Source: an uncultured Candidatus Saccharimonas sp.
GTDB lineage: Bacteria > Patescibacteriota > Saccharimonadia > Saccharimonadales > Saccharimonadaceae
Length of the DNA stretch: 32,000 nucleotides
Assembly (NCBI GenBank): GCA_963528875.1
Contig: CAURWT010000001.1
Location: 180,001 to 212,000 of the forward strand
Reading direction: 5' to 3'
Positions within the stretch are counted from its first letter, which is position 1; every line of letters begins with the position of its first letter. This document shows, one piece after another, positions 8,915 to 17,980 of the stretch. The notes beneath the pieces were generated by a model that did no database searches, was not told the DNA's origin, and saw nothing but the letters and a program-made list of their open reading frames with translations. A program made the position numbers and the translations under genes.

Positions 8915-10570
8915 TTAACCTTTCCATCGCCAAACTTCAACTTCGCCGAGGCTTTCCATAATCTGAAGATTCATTGGCTCAATAACGCCAGTTGTTCTAC
9001 TGTGTCCAGCATTTGCAACTTTATCTTCACCATTAACCTGAATATAGAATTCTATGTGAGCTGCAGCTCCACCACCAGTTCCTGATGATATAATATCGCC
9101 TGGCTTCATATTGCTTGTGCTTCCATTATAAGGGATTTTCTCATATTTATCTGGGTTACTGCGCATATATTGAACAAGATTTGCAACGCCACAACAATGC
9201 TTAGCGTATTCTGGATCAACAGTTGTACTCATGACCATAGAAACGAAAGCATCACAACTCATACCTTTTTGAACGTATGGTTCACTATAATTAATTAAGC
9301 CAGTTGCGCGCAAAGCTTCCATCTGCTTATCTGTCACCTCTCCGGCATAAGCGGCTGCTTTTTCTGATTCTGGGCGGGCAAGCTCCATTGCTCTATCTAC
9401 GATTGTCGCATTTCCGAGTTTTCCTACTGAAGACGAGCTACAGCTTCCTGATGAATTTGAAGAGCTGTTTCCATCATTTGCAATTTCTTCTTTAAGGAAT
9501 TTTACATAAGCTTCTTGACCTTCTACACTATGATGAACTCCATCTGCCGCATAGAGTTTATCTCTACCACCATTTTTTTCAACATAGCTCTTCCAATCTA
9601 AAATCTTCACCTCGTTATGTCTAGATGCGAAAGCTGAAAGTTTTTGGTTCACTACATTATAGTCAACATTTTGGTTTTTCGAAAAGTTATTTACCCAATA
9701 AATTTTCTTACCTTTAAGCTTGCCGACTAAAGCTTCTGCGGCATTTTCATCAAAGTTATCGTTAGTACCTAAGTTAATAACGACCGTATCATGAATTGTA
9801 TTTGGTAATTTTGATGTTGCAGCAGCAATTGAATCACCAACTGTTGCAGATACATTTGAACCACTGAAGGTTGATGATAATTTGTCTTGAACACCGACCG
9901 TAATTGAATCTCCAATGAAAGTTATAGGTCCTGAAGCCTTTCCTCTACCGCTAGAACCTTTTCCTGCGAATTGTGAAAGCATTTTATTTCCAACTTCTTC
10001 ACCTTCTTTAATACGGGCAGGCCGTAGGTCTTCCCTTGGCCTTTCGAAACCATTAGTCCAAGCTATGGTAGCCTCTCGGACTGTTGATGCTGATTTTACC
10101 ATATTAAGAGCTCTATTTTCTGGACCTTCCAGCTCTTGCCACAAGAAATTTAGCTGAACGCCAAGGTCGGACGCTGGTTTTCCTCTTTCTTTAGCATAAT
10201 TTTCGAGGTTTGTTCGCCGCCCGAATGACCACTGGGCAATACCATAACCAATTCCACTTCCAGCTTCAATTAAATCTGGTTGAAAATGGTTAGATTCACC
10301 CCAGAGACTTCCCATAACACCAGCAGTTTGTTCATCCGTTAAACCTTTTGATTTAAAAAAGTTCCAAATTTTTTCAGCATTATCGTTACCTTCAAGATTT
10401 ATGTCTGCCATATTACCGCTAGATGCTGGAGCGCAATCCTCGCCTGCATCGTAATAAATTATATCATTCAGTTTATAAAAACGTTCATCAAACTCAGCCC
10501 TCGCAATATTTGAAAGAGTGGAGGCTAAAATCAATGAGATTAAAATAATTGATGATATTTTTTTATACAT
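8915..10570 (-). CDS. Secreted three-domain cell-wall hydrolase: lysozyme-like + SGNH/GDSL esterase + NlpC/P60 (CHAP-like) peptidase
   Basis: 551 aa with a signal peptide (..NIARA/EF). aa 65-178: GVMGSLWGESNHF...GYGIAQWSFGRR...LNFLWQEL (phage-tail-lysozyme-like). aa 215-362: SGNH blocks FIGDSITVG, NLGTND, DGVHHS. aa 385-551: Cys/His pair (GMSCDAFV, AAHIEFY). Confidence 0.85.
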   Translation of the reverse strand: MYKKISSIILISLILASTLSNIARAEFDERFYKLNDIIYYDAGEDCAPASSGNMADINLEGNDNAEKIWNFFKSKGLTDEQTAGVMGSLWGESNHFQPDLIEAGSGIGYGIAQWSFGRRTNLENYAKERGKPASDLGVQLNFLWQELEGPENRALNMVKSASTVREATIAWTNGFERPREDLRPARIKEGEEVGNKMLSQFAGKGSSGRGKASGPITFIGDSITVGVQDKLSSTFSGSNVSATVGDSIAAATSKLPNTIHDTVVINLGTNDNFDENAAEALVGKLKGKKIYWVNNFSKNQNVDYNVVNQKLSAFASRHNEVKILDWKSYVEKNGGRDKLYAADGVHHSVEGQEAYVKFLKEEIANDGNSSSNSSGSCSSSSVGKLGNATIVDRAMELARPESEKAAAYAGEVTDKQMEALRATGLINYSEPYVQKGMSCDAFVSMVMSTTVDPEYAKHCCGVANLVQYMRSNPDKYEKIPYNGSTSNMKPGDIISSGTGGGAAAHIEFYIQVNGEDKVANAGHSRTTGVIEPMNLQIMESLGEVEVWRWKG

Positions 10571-13500
10571 TATGTGTCCTGTTTAATTAAATCTGGTGGA
10601 TAGAAAGATGCCGATGTTGATGGTATTGCGGAACCTTTCGAGAGTTCGAAATGTAGGTGTGATCCAGATGAACAGCCATAATTTCCTATAGTTCCAATAG
10701 TCTGGCCTTTCTTAACTTTCTCTCCAGTTTTAACTGAGTGTGAATCCATATGCCAATAGAAAGAATAGACATCTCCTTTGTGTTTAATAATTACGGCATG
10801 TGGACCGCCCATCATATCGGCTGTTCCGTATTTACATCCATTATATGGGGCTACATCGAAACCACCATTAACAACCTCACCATCGGCTACGGCATACACT
10901 TGTGCTCCGTGTGTCCACCCTTTTTCTTCATTAGCGAAATCGATAGCTGGGTGGTTTTGTCGAACTGGTGTGTTAAAGCCTTGGTCGTCTGATACTCCCT
11001 GTATCTTTCCATCCTTAACTTTAGTGTTTTTAAGCGGCCAAATAAATTCACCACTTAATTTTGATAACTCTGGATCTACTCCTCCTTTTGAATTAGATGA
11101 GCTATTGTTTCCACGACTTCCTCCGTTTGAATCTGGTTTAAATTCTTCATTCATTCCCATCTCTGTTCGAAGGTCAGTCAAAAATAGTGAATACCAGTTT
11201 GCTTTAGGATTTTTTTCAGTATTACAAATTCCGCCACGAGTTTCATCGTCATCATCTTCTGATGTTCCGATTGGTGATTTTCGATTGAAGCAATATTTAT
11301 CATATTTTTTCAAGTCGCCGCTCATATTAAATGTATCTAATAGATTGTTTGTTTCACTACTATTTTCTTTCTCTACAATATCACCCCATTCTTTAAGTTT
11401 ATTAACAACTTCTTCAGTGTCAGTTTCTGCTATACCCATATCAATACCAGTATAAACATTACAAAAAATATCGGTTGCGGCACCAGTATCCGTAATTGAT
11501 TTATCTTCACAGGTTTCCATATTGGCTGCAAAGTTTGCACTATTAGCTGCACTTGCTCCTGGCGTAATTGATGCGAATGATCTCTGCGCTCCGCCAATCA
11601 TTGATGGTAATAAACCTTTAATTGAGCCCAAAGTTCCAGCATAGGGCATCATATTACTTACAATCGAACCTAAGAAAGTATGCCGTGTGGTTGGATCAAA
11701 TGGACTATGAGTTTTTCGAATGTCTTCAGCATTTTCAGCAATTTGACGGTCGGTCTCTTGGCGAAATGCAATTGCTTGAGATTTAGTTAAAACGCCACCA
11801 CTTCCAGCCATTGAGTTCTTTGCCATCATCGCCGCAGATCCTGACATTATAGCGTTTCCAAAATTCTCGCCAGTTGTTGAATCATTTAGAATTGTGCCAG
11901 TTAAACCTTCACTTACATATTTCGAAATTGCACCCATGGCTTGATTTTTTAGTATCTCTGCAGCAACAGAAAGAGCTAATCCTAATGCTACTGCCCATAT
12001 TGCCACTTTTACAACATCGCCAATACATCCCCAAAAACCAGTTCCCATACATTTTAGTATTGTTAACGCTACTTGAGCTATACCTACTACTGCAGTAACT
12101 ATACCTGCAACTTTACAGCTTTGTCGTATGAACCAGCCCACCATTCCTGTAGTTAATGTATTCATTAAACTTGCGAACCATCCAGTAATTCCAACCTGGT
12201 AGTCCTTTGCTGAATCATCTAATTTCGAAACTCGGTCGTCATAAGCTACTGCTCGCCAACCTTGTGATTCAGTGGCGCTTTTGATACGGTCGTTATTTGA
12301 TGTAGAATCTGCAAAAAAAGCAAAAGCGTTTTTTAGTCTTGAAGTGTTAGAATTTTTACTGTCAGGATTTTTATTTTCTTTAGAATCTTTTTTATTGGCG
12401 ATGCCCATTAAATTATTGCCTTGTGCCGTAACTTCTTGCTGGGTTGCTTCACCGGCTTTAATTTTTGAAGCCATCGAGAGGAAAGACAAACCAAATTGAG
12501 CCAACACTTCAACTTTAGCTACTTTAGCAACACTCCAACCCATTGAAACTAATGCATAAACTCCACAAACTTTATCTACTGCACTTAAGCTGTTTAAGGT
12601 GCTGCTTGCACCTTCAAGTATTTCCAACCCCATGGCGGCTTTTTCAGATACACTTTGCGCACCTTTTTTAAGCTTATCTTTATATGTTTTTAGTTTTTCT
12701 TTAACTTTTCTAGTTCCTTCATCACCTTTTTGGGCTTTATTTTTACCTTCGTCGTCAGTATCTTCTTTGTCACCTGGTAATTTTTTAGAATCAGTTTCTC
12801 CATCTTTACTATGGTTGTTTGCTGTTTTCTTTATATCTTCATCGATTTCTTCTTCAGTCTTACCTTTATTATCTTTTTTTACTTTTGTAAAATTAAACCA
12901 ACCCTTGAGCTTTTGCCAAGATTTATCAAGAAAAGATGCAAAACGCCCACTAAAACTACGGCGAAAAGCTTGCCGCACATCTGGGTTTTTGGTTAAAATA
13001 TTTTTAATATCCTTAGAAGAATTATTTATTTCAATATTTCTACCATCTTTAATGTAGGTTAATTTTGAAATTTTTTTCCTTCCAAATAAGCTCTCCTTCT
13101 CATCTAAATCAACTTTAAAACCAGCTTTTTCAAGATTTTTGATGTTTCGGTCTGTTACTTTTGACATTCGGCAAACTAAGCCTGCTGGACTACAATTAGT
13201 ACCTTTTATTTTCAGCTTCATCACTTTAACAGAGCGATTATTCATACTTATTGCAGATGAATTGCGTTTCTCGGTAGTAATTTCTTCTATATGAACCTGA
13301 ATAAGTGAAATAATTCCTGTTGAAATTACAAAAATAAATACACTAGCTCCACCAAGAAGGCTGCCCGCTGCTGCCATTGCTCCTTTATTTTTAAAGAATG
13401 ATTTTGCAAGGTTTTTCCAACCGCCTCCTGCTGAGCTTGCTGTGTTGCGAGACTTATGAGTTCCACCGCCGCTCACATTGTTTTGCCAGCCACCAGATTG

Positions 13501-13737
13501 GACAGGTTTTGAATCTTTCGAAAGTGTTTCGGAATCGCTAATTCCAGAATTTGAAGCAGTAGAAGTTGAAGAATTTTCGGCACTCGCCAAAGCAGACGGA
13601 TTATAACCGTCATTTCCTCGAATAACTTCAGCATTTCCCCACCTACTTCTCGCTCGTTCAAGCGCAGATTGATTTGAATCACTCAAGTCGCTAAAATCAA
13701 GATTTTCATCTCTTTCGAAATCTCTAGCTGCTCCCAT
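10570..13737 (-). CDS. Large polytopic membrane protein with a C-terminal M23/LytM metallopeptidase domain
   Basis: 1055 aa. TM segment near aa 120-145 and a TM cluster near aa 520-600. The C-terminal domain carries HPAIDF (HxxxD) and GSHLHFE (HxH), roughly nt 10633-10965. TAATG stop/start overlap with the downstream hydrolase at 10568-10572. Confidence 0.85.
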   Translation of the reverse strand: MGAARDFERDENLDFSDLSDSNQSALERARSRWGNAEVIRGNDGYNPSALASAENSSTSTASNSGISDSETLSKDSKPVQSGGWQNNVSGGGTHKSRNTASSAGGGWKNLAKSFFKNKGAMAAAGSLLGGASVFIFVISTGIISLIQVHIEEITTEKRNSSAISMNNRSVKVMKLKIKGTNCSPAGLVCRMSKVTDRNIKNLEKAGFKVDLDEKESLFGRKKISKLTYIKDGRNIEINNSSKDIKNILTKNPDVRQAFRRSFSGRFASFLDKSWQKLKGWFNFTKVKKDNKGKTEEEIDEDIKKTANNHSKDGETDSKKLPGDKEDTDDEGKNKAQKGDEGTRKVKEKLKTYKDKLKKGAQSVSEKAAMGLEILEGASSTLNSLSAVDKVCGVYALVSMGWSVAKVAKVEVLAQFGLSFLSMASKIKAGEATQQEVTAQGNNLMGIANKKDSKENKNPDSKNSNTSRLKNAFAFFADSTSNNDRIKSATESQGWRAVAYDDRVSKLDDSAKDYQVGITGWFASLMNTLTTGMVGWFIRQSCKVAGIVTAVVGIAQVALTILKCMGTGFWGCIGDVVKVAIWAVALGLALSVAAEILKNQAMGAISKYVSEGLTGTILNDSTTGENFGNAIMSGSAAMMAKNSMAGSGGVLTKSQAIAFRQETDRQIAENAEDIRKTHSPFDPTTRHTFLGSIVSNMMPYAGTLGSIKGLLPSMIGGAQRSFASITPGASAANSANFAANMETCEDKSITDTGAATDIFCNVYTGIDMGIAETDTEEVVNKLKEWGDIVEKENSSETNNLLDTFNMSGDLKKYDKYCFNRKSPIGTSEDDDDETRGGICNTEKNPKANWYSLFLTDLRTEMGMNEEFKPDSNGGSRGNNSSSNSKGGVDPELSKLSGEFIWPLKNTKVKDGKIQGVSDDQGFNTPVRQNHPAIDFANEEKGWTHGAQVYAVADGEVVNGGFDVAPYNGCKYGTADMMGGPHAVIIKHKGDVYSFYWHMDSHSVKTGEKVKKGQTIGTIGNYGCSSGSHLHFELSKGSAIPSTSASFYPPDLIKQDT

Positions 13738-13769
13738 TTTATTCCTAAAACTCTATAATTTATAAATTA

Positions 13770-13778
13770 ATTTTACCA
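13770..13778 (-). promoter_or_regulatory. Candidate internal extended -10 promoter (TGgTAAAAT) ahead of the M23 gene
   Basis: Minus strand reads TGGTAAAAT. An AGGAA Shine-Dalgarno lies 5-6 nt before the ATG at 13737. Confidence 0.4.
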
Positions 13779-13800
13779 CATTTACGCTTGTGCTTCAAGC

Positions 13801-15660
13801 TTAAAATAATTCATTCGGATCGGCGTAACCGTTAGTCATCATATTGTCGCCCTGGCGATTTTTTGAACTATTTGGGCTGGTTGAAATAAGCTGATGTTCG
13901 GTGTCACTGGCGATGATTTGAATATGAACGTGATTTTGGCCTGCAAAGAATAATCCTTGCCCAACTGGGAAGTTCGAAAGGCGCTTTCGTTCTTCTTCGG
14001 TCAATTTAAAGACATCGCTCAAAACATCAACCGCACTTGAAGATTGTTTTAAAAGTAGCTGCATTGAGCTGTTTGAAACAATCGCTCGGCCCATTTTTGA
14101 ACCCATAAAGTCTTCAACGTCCTGCGAAATTGTAGTAAGGCCAAGATAATATTTTCGAGCACGTTTTGCTAAACTGAATAAGAAGTTTGCTGAATCATCG
14201 TATTTCATTAACTGCCAAGCTTCATCCACGATAAGCATTCGTTTTTTCTGTTCAGAACGCACAATATTCCAGATGTGAGAAAGCACAATGTACATCGCAA
14301 CTGGGCGAAGTTCATCTTCAAGGTCGCGAATGTTAAACACCACCATCGAGTTATTGATATCAATATTTGATTGCTGTGAGAAAATTCCTGCGAAAGTTCC
14401 GGTTGTGTATTTTCGAAGGCGTTGTGCCAAGCTTGGTCCGCTTCCATCCATATGGACTAAGGTGTCGTAAAGGTTATGAATTGTTGGTGGTGTTGAATTA
14501 TGTGTAAGCGGATCTGAAGTAATTCCAGCTCGAGCATAAGTGTCAATAATTGCTTGATCGAGGTCGGCTTCTTCATTTGGTGAAAGCCCAATTGATTGCC
14601 CTGCACTAGTTCCACCAAGCATTAATCGAAATAGACCGTGAAGCGTTACGATATTTGCACGAAGCGCGTTGTCTGCTTCTTCGGCATCAATAACGTGTGG
14701 TAAATCGAAAGGATTAATTCGAACATCCGAGTTTAAACTGAGGCGAATATAGCTTCCACCAACGGCATCGCTTAATTTTTGATATTCATTTTCTGGGTCG
14801 ATAATTAAGACCTCTGCACCCATCATCATTGTTCGAAGAGCTTCAAGTTTTACTGTAAAAGATTTACCAGCACCAGATTTTGCGAAAACCACCATGTTTG
14901 CATTTTCGAGTGTATAGCGGTCAAAGATTACGAGCCCATTATTGTGCATATTAACGCCATAAAGAACACCATTTTCTTGGGTTAAATCGGCAGAAGTAAA
15001 TGGAAATGAAGTTGAAATTGCACCAGTGTTCATATTTCGCCGAATTTGCAATTGGTCGGAAAGTTGTGGAACGGCAGATTTTAAACCTTGTTCCTGCTGG
15101 CTTGATGCAACTTTAGAAAACAGCATTTGCTGACCAAGCATTGTTTCAACTTTACTTCGAACAAAATTAAGCTCGTCAAGACTATCGGCATAAATTGTTA
15201 AATATAGACCGAAACGGAAGAACTTTTCAGCACCAAGTTGTAACTGATCTCGGAGCTCTTCGGCATCGTTCAAAGCAGCTTCAAGCGCTGGATCTCGGGT
15301 TCTACCTTTTTCGTTATTAATCGAAAGATCAGCTTCAAGCTGAGTAACTTTTCGACGAAGGTTTTTCATGACGATTTCAGTTTCAACAGGATAAATAAAC
15401 ATTGAAACATCTAAAACTTCATCAGCATTTAAGATTGGCGAAGCCCATCCAGTATAAAGCTGGCGGGGATAACCATAAACATAAATTGTTTGACCATATT
15501 TTGTGCCAAGTCGAAAATATCCTGAGTGAAATTCAAGACTTGATGGTGCGATTAAATCTCGCAAAGTGTTAATACCAGTTAAAAACGCTTGTTCAACTTC
15601 AGCTTGTTCTTGTGCTCGTTGTTGGGCTGCAATATCAACTGCATCTTTTTTCTTCACCAT
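13801..15660 (-). CDS. virB4: VirB4/TrbE-family type IV secretion ATPase
   Basis: 619 aa. Walker A FAKSGAGKSFT (aa 259-269), Walker B RMLIVDEAWQL (aa 474-484). N-terminal DLIAPSS...YGYPRQ...GW region is typical of VirB4-like ATPases of Gram-positive-type T4SS. Confidence 0.92.
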   Translation of the reverse strand: MVKKKDAVDIAAQQRAQEQAEVEQAFLTGINTLRDLIAPSSLEFHSGYFRLGTKYGQTIYVYGYPRQLYTGWASPILNADEVLDVSMFIYPVETEIVMKNLRRKVTQLEADLSINNEKGRTRDPALEAALNDAEELRDQLQLGAEKFFRFGLYLTIYADSLDELNFVRSKVETMLGQQMLFSKVASSQQEQGLKSAVPQLSDQLQIRRNMNTGAISTSFPFTSADLTQENGVLYGVNMHNNGLVIFDRYTLENANMVVFAKSGAGKSFTVKLEALRTMMMGAEVLIIDPENEYQKLSDAVGGSYIRLSLNSDVRINPFDLPHVIDAEEADNALRANIVTLHGLFRLMLGGTSAGQSIGLSPNEEADLDQAIIDTYARAGITSDPLTHNSTPPTIHNLYDTLVHMDGSGPSLAQRLRKYTTGTFAGIFSQQSNIDINNSMVVFNIRDLEDELRPVAMYIVLSHIWNIVRSEQKKRMLIVDEAWQLMKYDDSANFLFSLAKRARKYYLGLTTISQDVEDFMGSKMGRAIVSNSSMQLLLKQSSSAVDVLSDVFKLTEEERKRLSNFPVGQGLFFAGQNHVHIQIIASDTEHQLISTSPNSSKNRQGDNMMTNGYADPNELF

Positions 15661-15662
15661 AA

Positions 15663-16439
15663 TTAAAATTCTCCTTGATCTGGTCGCTCACCTTCAGCTT
15701 TTCGAACGAATAAACTTGCTGTATCATGAAAATCGCCCAAAGGTTCATAAACGGCCGTATCTGGGTTATAAACATTATAATAAAGTTCACCGAGTTCTTT
15801 AGTGTTTAATTGAACTGATTTGATTCCCATTTGGTAAAGACCACCAGTAATTGAATCAACGCGTTTTTTAATTTCTTCGCGTGCTTTATCCCAAGTGTTG
15901 CGGTCTATTTTCGAAATTTGAGCACCCGGTTTTGCAAAAATTTTACCAAAAAATCCTTTTGCTGAACCCTTTAAATTATTTAAGTCACCACTCGGATAAT
16001 AAGGAACCACAATAAAGAAAGATTTATCCATAATATTCGCACTTCGGCTAAGGCTATCAATAAAGTTAATGTAATCTTCCATTAAATCGCCAAGTAACAT
16101 ATTATCTTGAGCTACTTGAATTTCAGCCAATTTATTTAAATATGGTTCAATGTCAACTCGTTGTGAACGAACTAAAATCTGAATTGGAAAAGTTAATGCG
16201 TTCAAAAAACTTTGATAAGAATATTCCACACCCTCGCGTTCTCGTGCGCTCATAAGATCGAAGTTAATTGATTTGCAAGCAATAACAGCACGAAAGCTTC
16301 CGTCGCGCATTACCACCATTCCTTCGCGAAGTTCGGCGATTTCAAGCGAATTTTGTGTTGAAGATGGATTTGTTGGAGTATTTATATTTGTTTGGTTTTG
16401 GCTCTGATTTTGTTGATTATTAACTTGATTATTGTTCAT
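15663..16439 (-). CDS. Soluble T4SS-associated protein of unknown function with a Q/N-rich N-terminus
   Basis: 258 aa with no TM segment, packed 1-2 nt from both neighbours. The core (LEIAELREGMVVMRDGSFRAVIACKSINFDLMSAREREGV..FLNALTFPIQILVRS) reminds me of pre-ATPase N-domains of VirB4-like proteins. This is recollection only. Confidence 0.7.
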   Translation of the reverse strand: MNNNQVNNQQNQSQNQTNINTPTNPSSTQNSLEIAELREGMVVMRDGSFRAVIACKSINFDLMSAREREGVEYSYQSFLNALTFPIQILVRSQRVDIEPYLNKLAEIQVAQDNMLLGDLMEDYINFIDSLSRSANIMDKSFFIVVPYYPSGDLNNLKGSAKGFFGKIFAKPGAQISKIDRNTWDKAREEIKKRVDSITGGLYQMGIKSVQLNTKELGELYYNVYNPDTAVYEPLGDFHDTASLFVRKAEGERPDQGEF

Positions 16440-16440
16440 A

Positions 16441-17871
16441 TTACCTCAATGAAATTACTACTTCTTTTTCACCCAAGTCGACCTCGTTCGAATTTTCTTG
16501 GGCTTTCTTTTCTTTATCTGCTAGTTTGTTTGCTTGGCGTGCAAGTGTTTCCACCGAAAGATCTTTTCCCTCTGAAACTAATCTTTTCATTTCTGCGCTG
16601 ATCTTATTTGCAGATTCTCGTTCTGTGAGATGTCTTCTATTTACAAAAGGATTATTCTCTGGATTGGTAGAAATTCTAACTTTCGGATCTCGCTTTTCAT
16701 GCTCAACAGTTTCATTAATTTGCCTAATTCGTTCAAAACTGTTATTAATTCCTTCTAAATCTTGATTAAAATCATCTGGCGGATTTTCGAAATGGTTTTG
16801 TGGCTCTGATTGTTGAGCTGGTTGTGGTGCAGGTGGTGTAAAATTCGAAAGTGGCTGTGGTGAAGACTGCGTAAATTGCTGCGGTTGATTTTGCCAATTT
16901 GGTGAAATAACTGTTTGATTCATTGAATCTGGATAAGGATTGTAATTTAAATGAATATTTTCATCAAAATTTTGCTGCGGTTGATTTTGCCAATTTTTAT
17001 TTTGCTGAAAATTATTATAATTTTGTACTTGCGATTGATTCCAATTTTGCCAATTCGAAAAAGCCCCATTTTGCATTTGTGGCTGATTGTGGTTAAAATT
17101 CATTTGGTATTGATTTTGCTGATTCTGAGAAAAGGCTGTTGGCTTAGCTTCAGCTGGTTCTGAAACTTGAACATCTTCAAATTTAATATTGTCTGAACCT
17201 TCGTATCGATTTTTAGGGTCAAAATAATAAGTTTTGTCTTGAATGTTTTCCGAATTTTCATCTGTAAATTGTGCTAAATTTCGGGCCATATCAAGGTTTT
17301 GCATAATTTGCTGTTTTCGTCGCTGATCGTGTTGGTTTAATAAATTATCAACATTCGAAGAAACTCGTGAATTATCAAACATATCTTCGGCTGCACGAGC
17401 TTCATTTGAATATTCTTCACGAACAGTTGTATTAACTGGTGCAATAGAGTGTTTAATGGCCCACCCTTCAGTATCAACAATATCTGCTAAGTAGCTAAGT
17501 CTACGTGAGGCTTCATTTTGTGAAAGTTCTTTTGTGAGGTGCTCTTCTCTATTTACTGGTGCAGAAATTTGAATTAAATGTTCTACGCCATCCGGCTGCC
17601 AAAAACGCTTGTTTGGTTTTAAATAAAATGAAACAACTGCTGCAAGATAAGTTTCCATTGGTTGGTCTTTTCGAAGCGGTAAAGCAAGCGCACCAAAAAA
17701 GATAATAATAGGTAGTGGTAAAATAATTAGCCCCGGGAAAATTCCCCAAAGAAAAATCTCCAGCGCAATACAGCCTGCCACAATAATCAGGTAAATGAAT
17801 TGCCGAAAGTTAAACGGCCCAAGCAATTTGTCATCAGCCTCAACGTCTTGAGGAACTTTATAAACGCTCAT
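16441..17871 (-). CDS. PrgI-family (VirB3-like) membrane protein fused to a long Q/N/P-rich low-complexity region
   Basis: 476 aa. The N-terminus YKVPQDVEADDKLLGPFNFRQFIYL + two TM helices matches the PrgI-family pattern. aa 246-370 are dominated by Q, N, P and W (NWQNQPQQ occurs twice). The C-terminus is a charged, coiled-coil-like segment. Confidence 0.8.
   Translation of the reverse strand: MSVYKVPQDVEADDKLLGPFNFRQFIYLIIVAGCIALEIFLWGIFPGLIILPLPIIIFFGALALPLRKDQPMETYLAAVVSFYLKPNKRFWQPDGVEHLIQISAPVNREEHLTKELSQNEASRRLSYLADIVDTEGWAIKHSIAPVNTTVREEYSNEARAAEDMFDNSRVSSNVDNLLNQHDQRRKQQIMQNLDMARNLAQFTDENSENIQDKTYYFDPKNRYEGSDNIKFEDVQVSEPAEAKPTAFSQNQQNQYQMNFNHNQPQMQNGAFSNWQNWNQSQVQNYNNFQQNKNWQNQPQQNFDENIHLNYNPYPDSMNQTVISPNWQNQPQQFTQSSPQPLSNFTPPAPQPAQQSEPQNHFENPPDDFNQDLEGINNSFERIRQINETVEHEKRDPKVRISTNPENNPFVNRRHLTERESANKISAEMKRLVSEGKDLSVETLARQANKLADKEKKAQENSNEVDLGEKEVVISLR
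16876..16996. repeat. Perfect 25-nt direct repeat inside the Q/N-rich coding region
   Basis: ttgctgcggttgattttgccaattt occurs at 16876-16900 and again at 16972-16996, exactly 96 nt (32 codons) apart. Each copy encodes NWQNQPQQ. Confidence 0.85.
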
Positions 17872-17909
17872 TCTTTATTTGCCCACTTCTCCTTATTTCA
17901 ATAATATTA

Positions 17910-17918
17910 ATTTTAACA
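17910..17918 (-). promoter_or_regulatory. Candidate extended -10 promoter (TGtTAAAAT) for the prgI-like/virB4 transcription unit
   Basis: Minus strand reads TGTTAAAAT, about 40 nt upstream of the ATG at 17871. Confidence 0.45.
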
Positions 17919-17950
17919 TATTTTCGAAAAAAAATAAAGCTTAAAAATAA

Positions 17951-17980
17951 AATAGGCAAAACATTTAGATTCTGCCTATT
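17951..17980 (-). terminator. Hairpin terminator/attenuator overlapping the stop codon of the VirB6-like gene
   Basis: Perfect 8-bp stem aataggca (17951-17958) / tgcctatt (17973-17980), followed on the minus strand by TTATTTTT. The TAG stop (17976-17978) lies in the stem. Confidence 0.55.

Noticed and set aside
10778-11455. 225-aa plus-strand ORF and other long antisense ORFs (12599-13057, 19315-19671, 20285-20545, 9915-10157, etc.)
   Set aside because: They are fully embedded antisense to long, motif-supported genes (M23 protein, VirB6-like, hydrolase). Their S/P/L-rich compositions lack motifs or start signals, so they are shadow ORFs.
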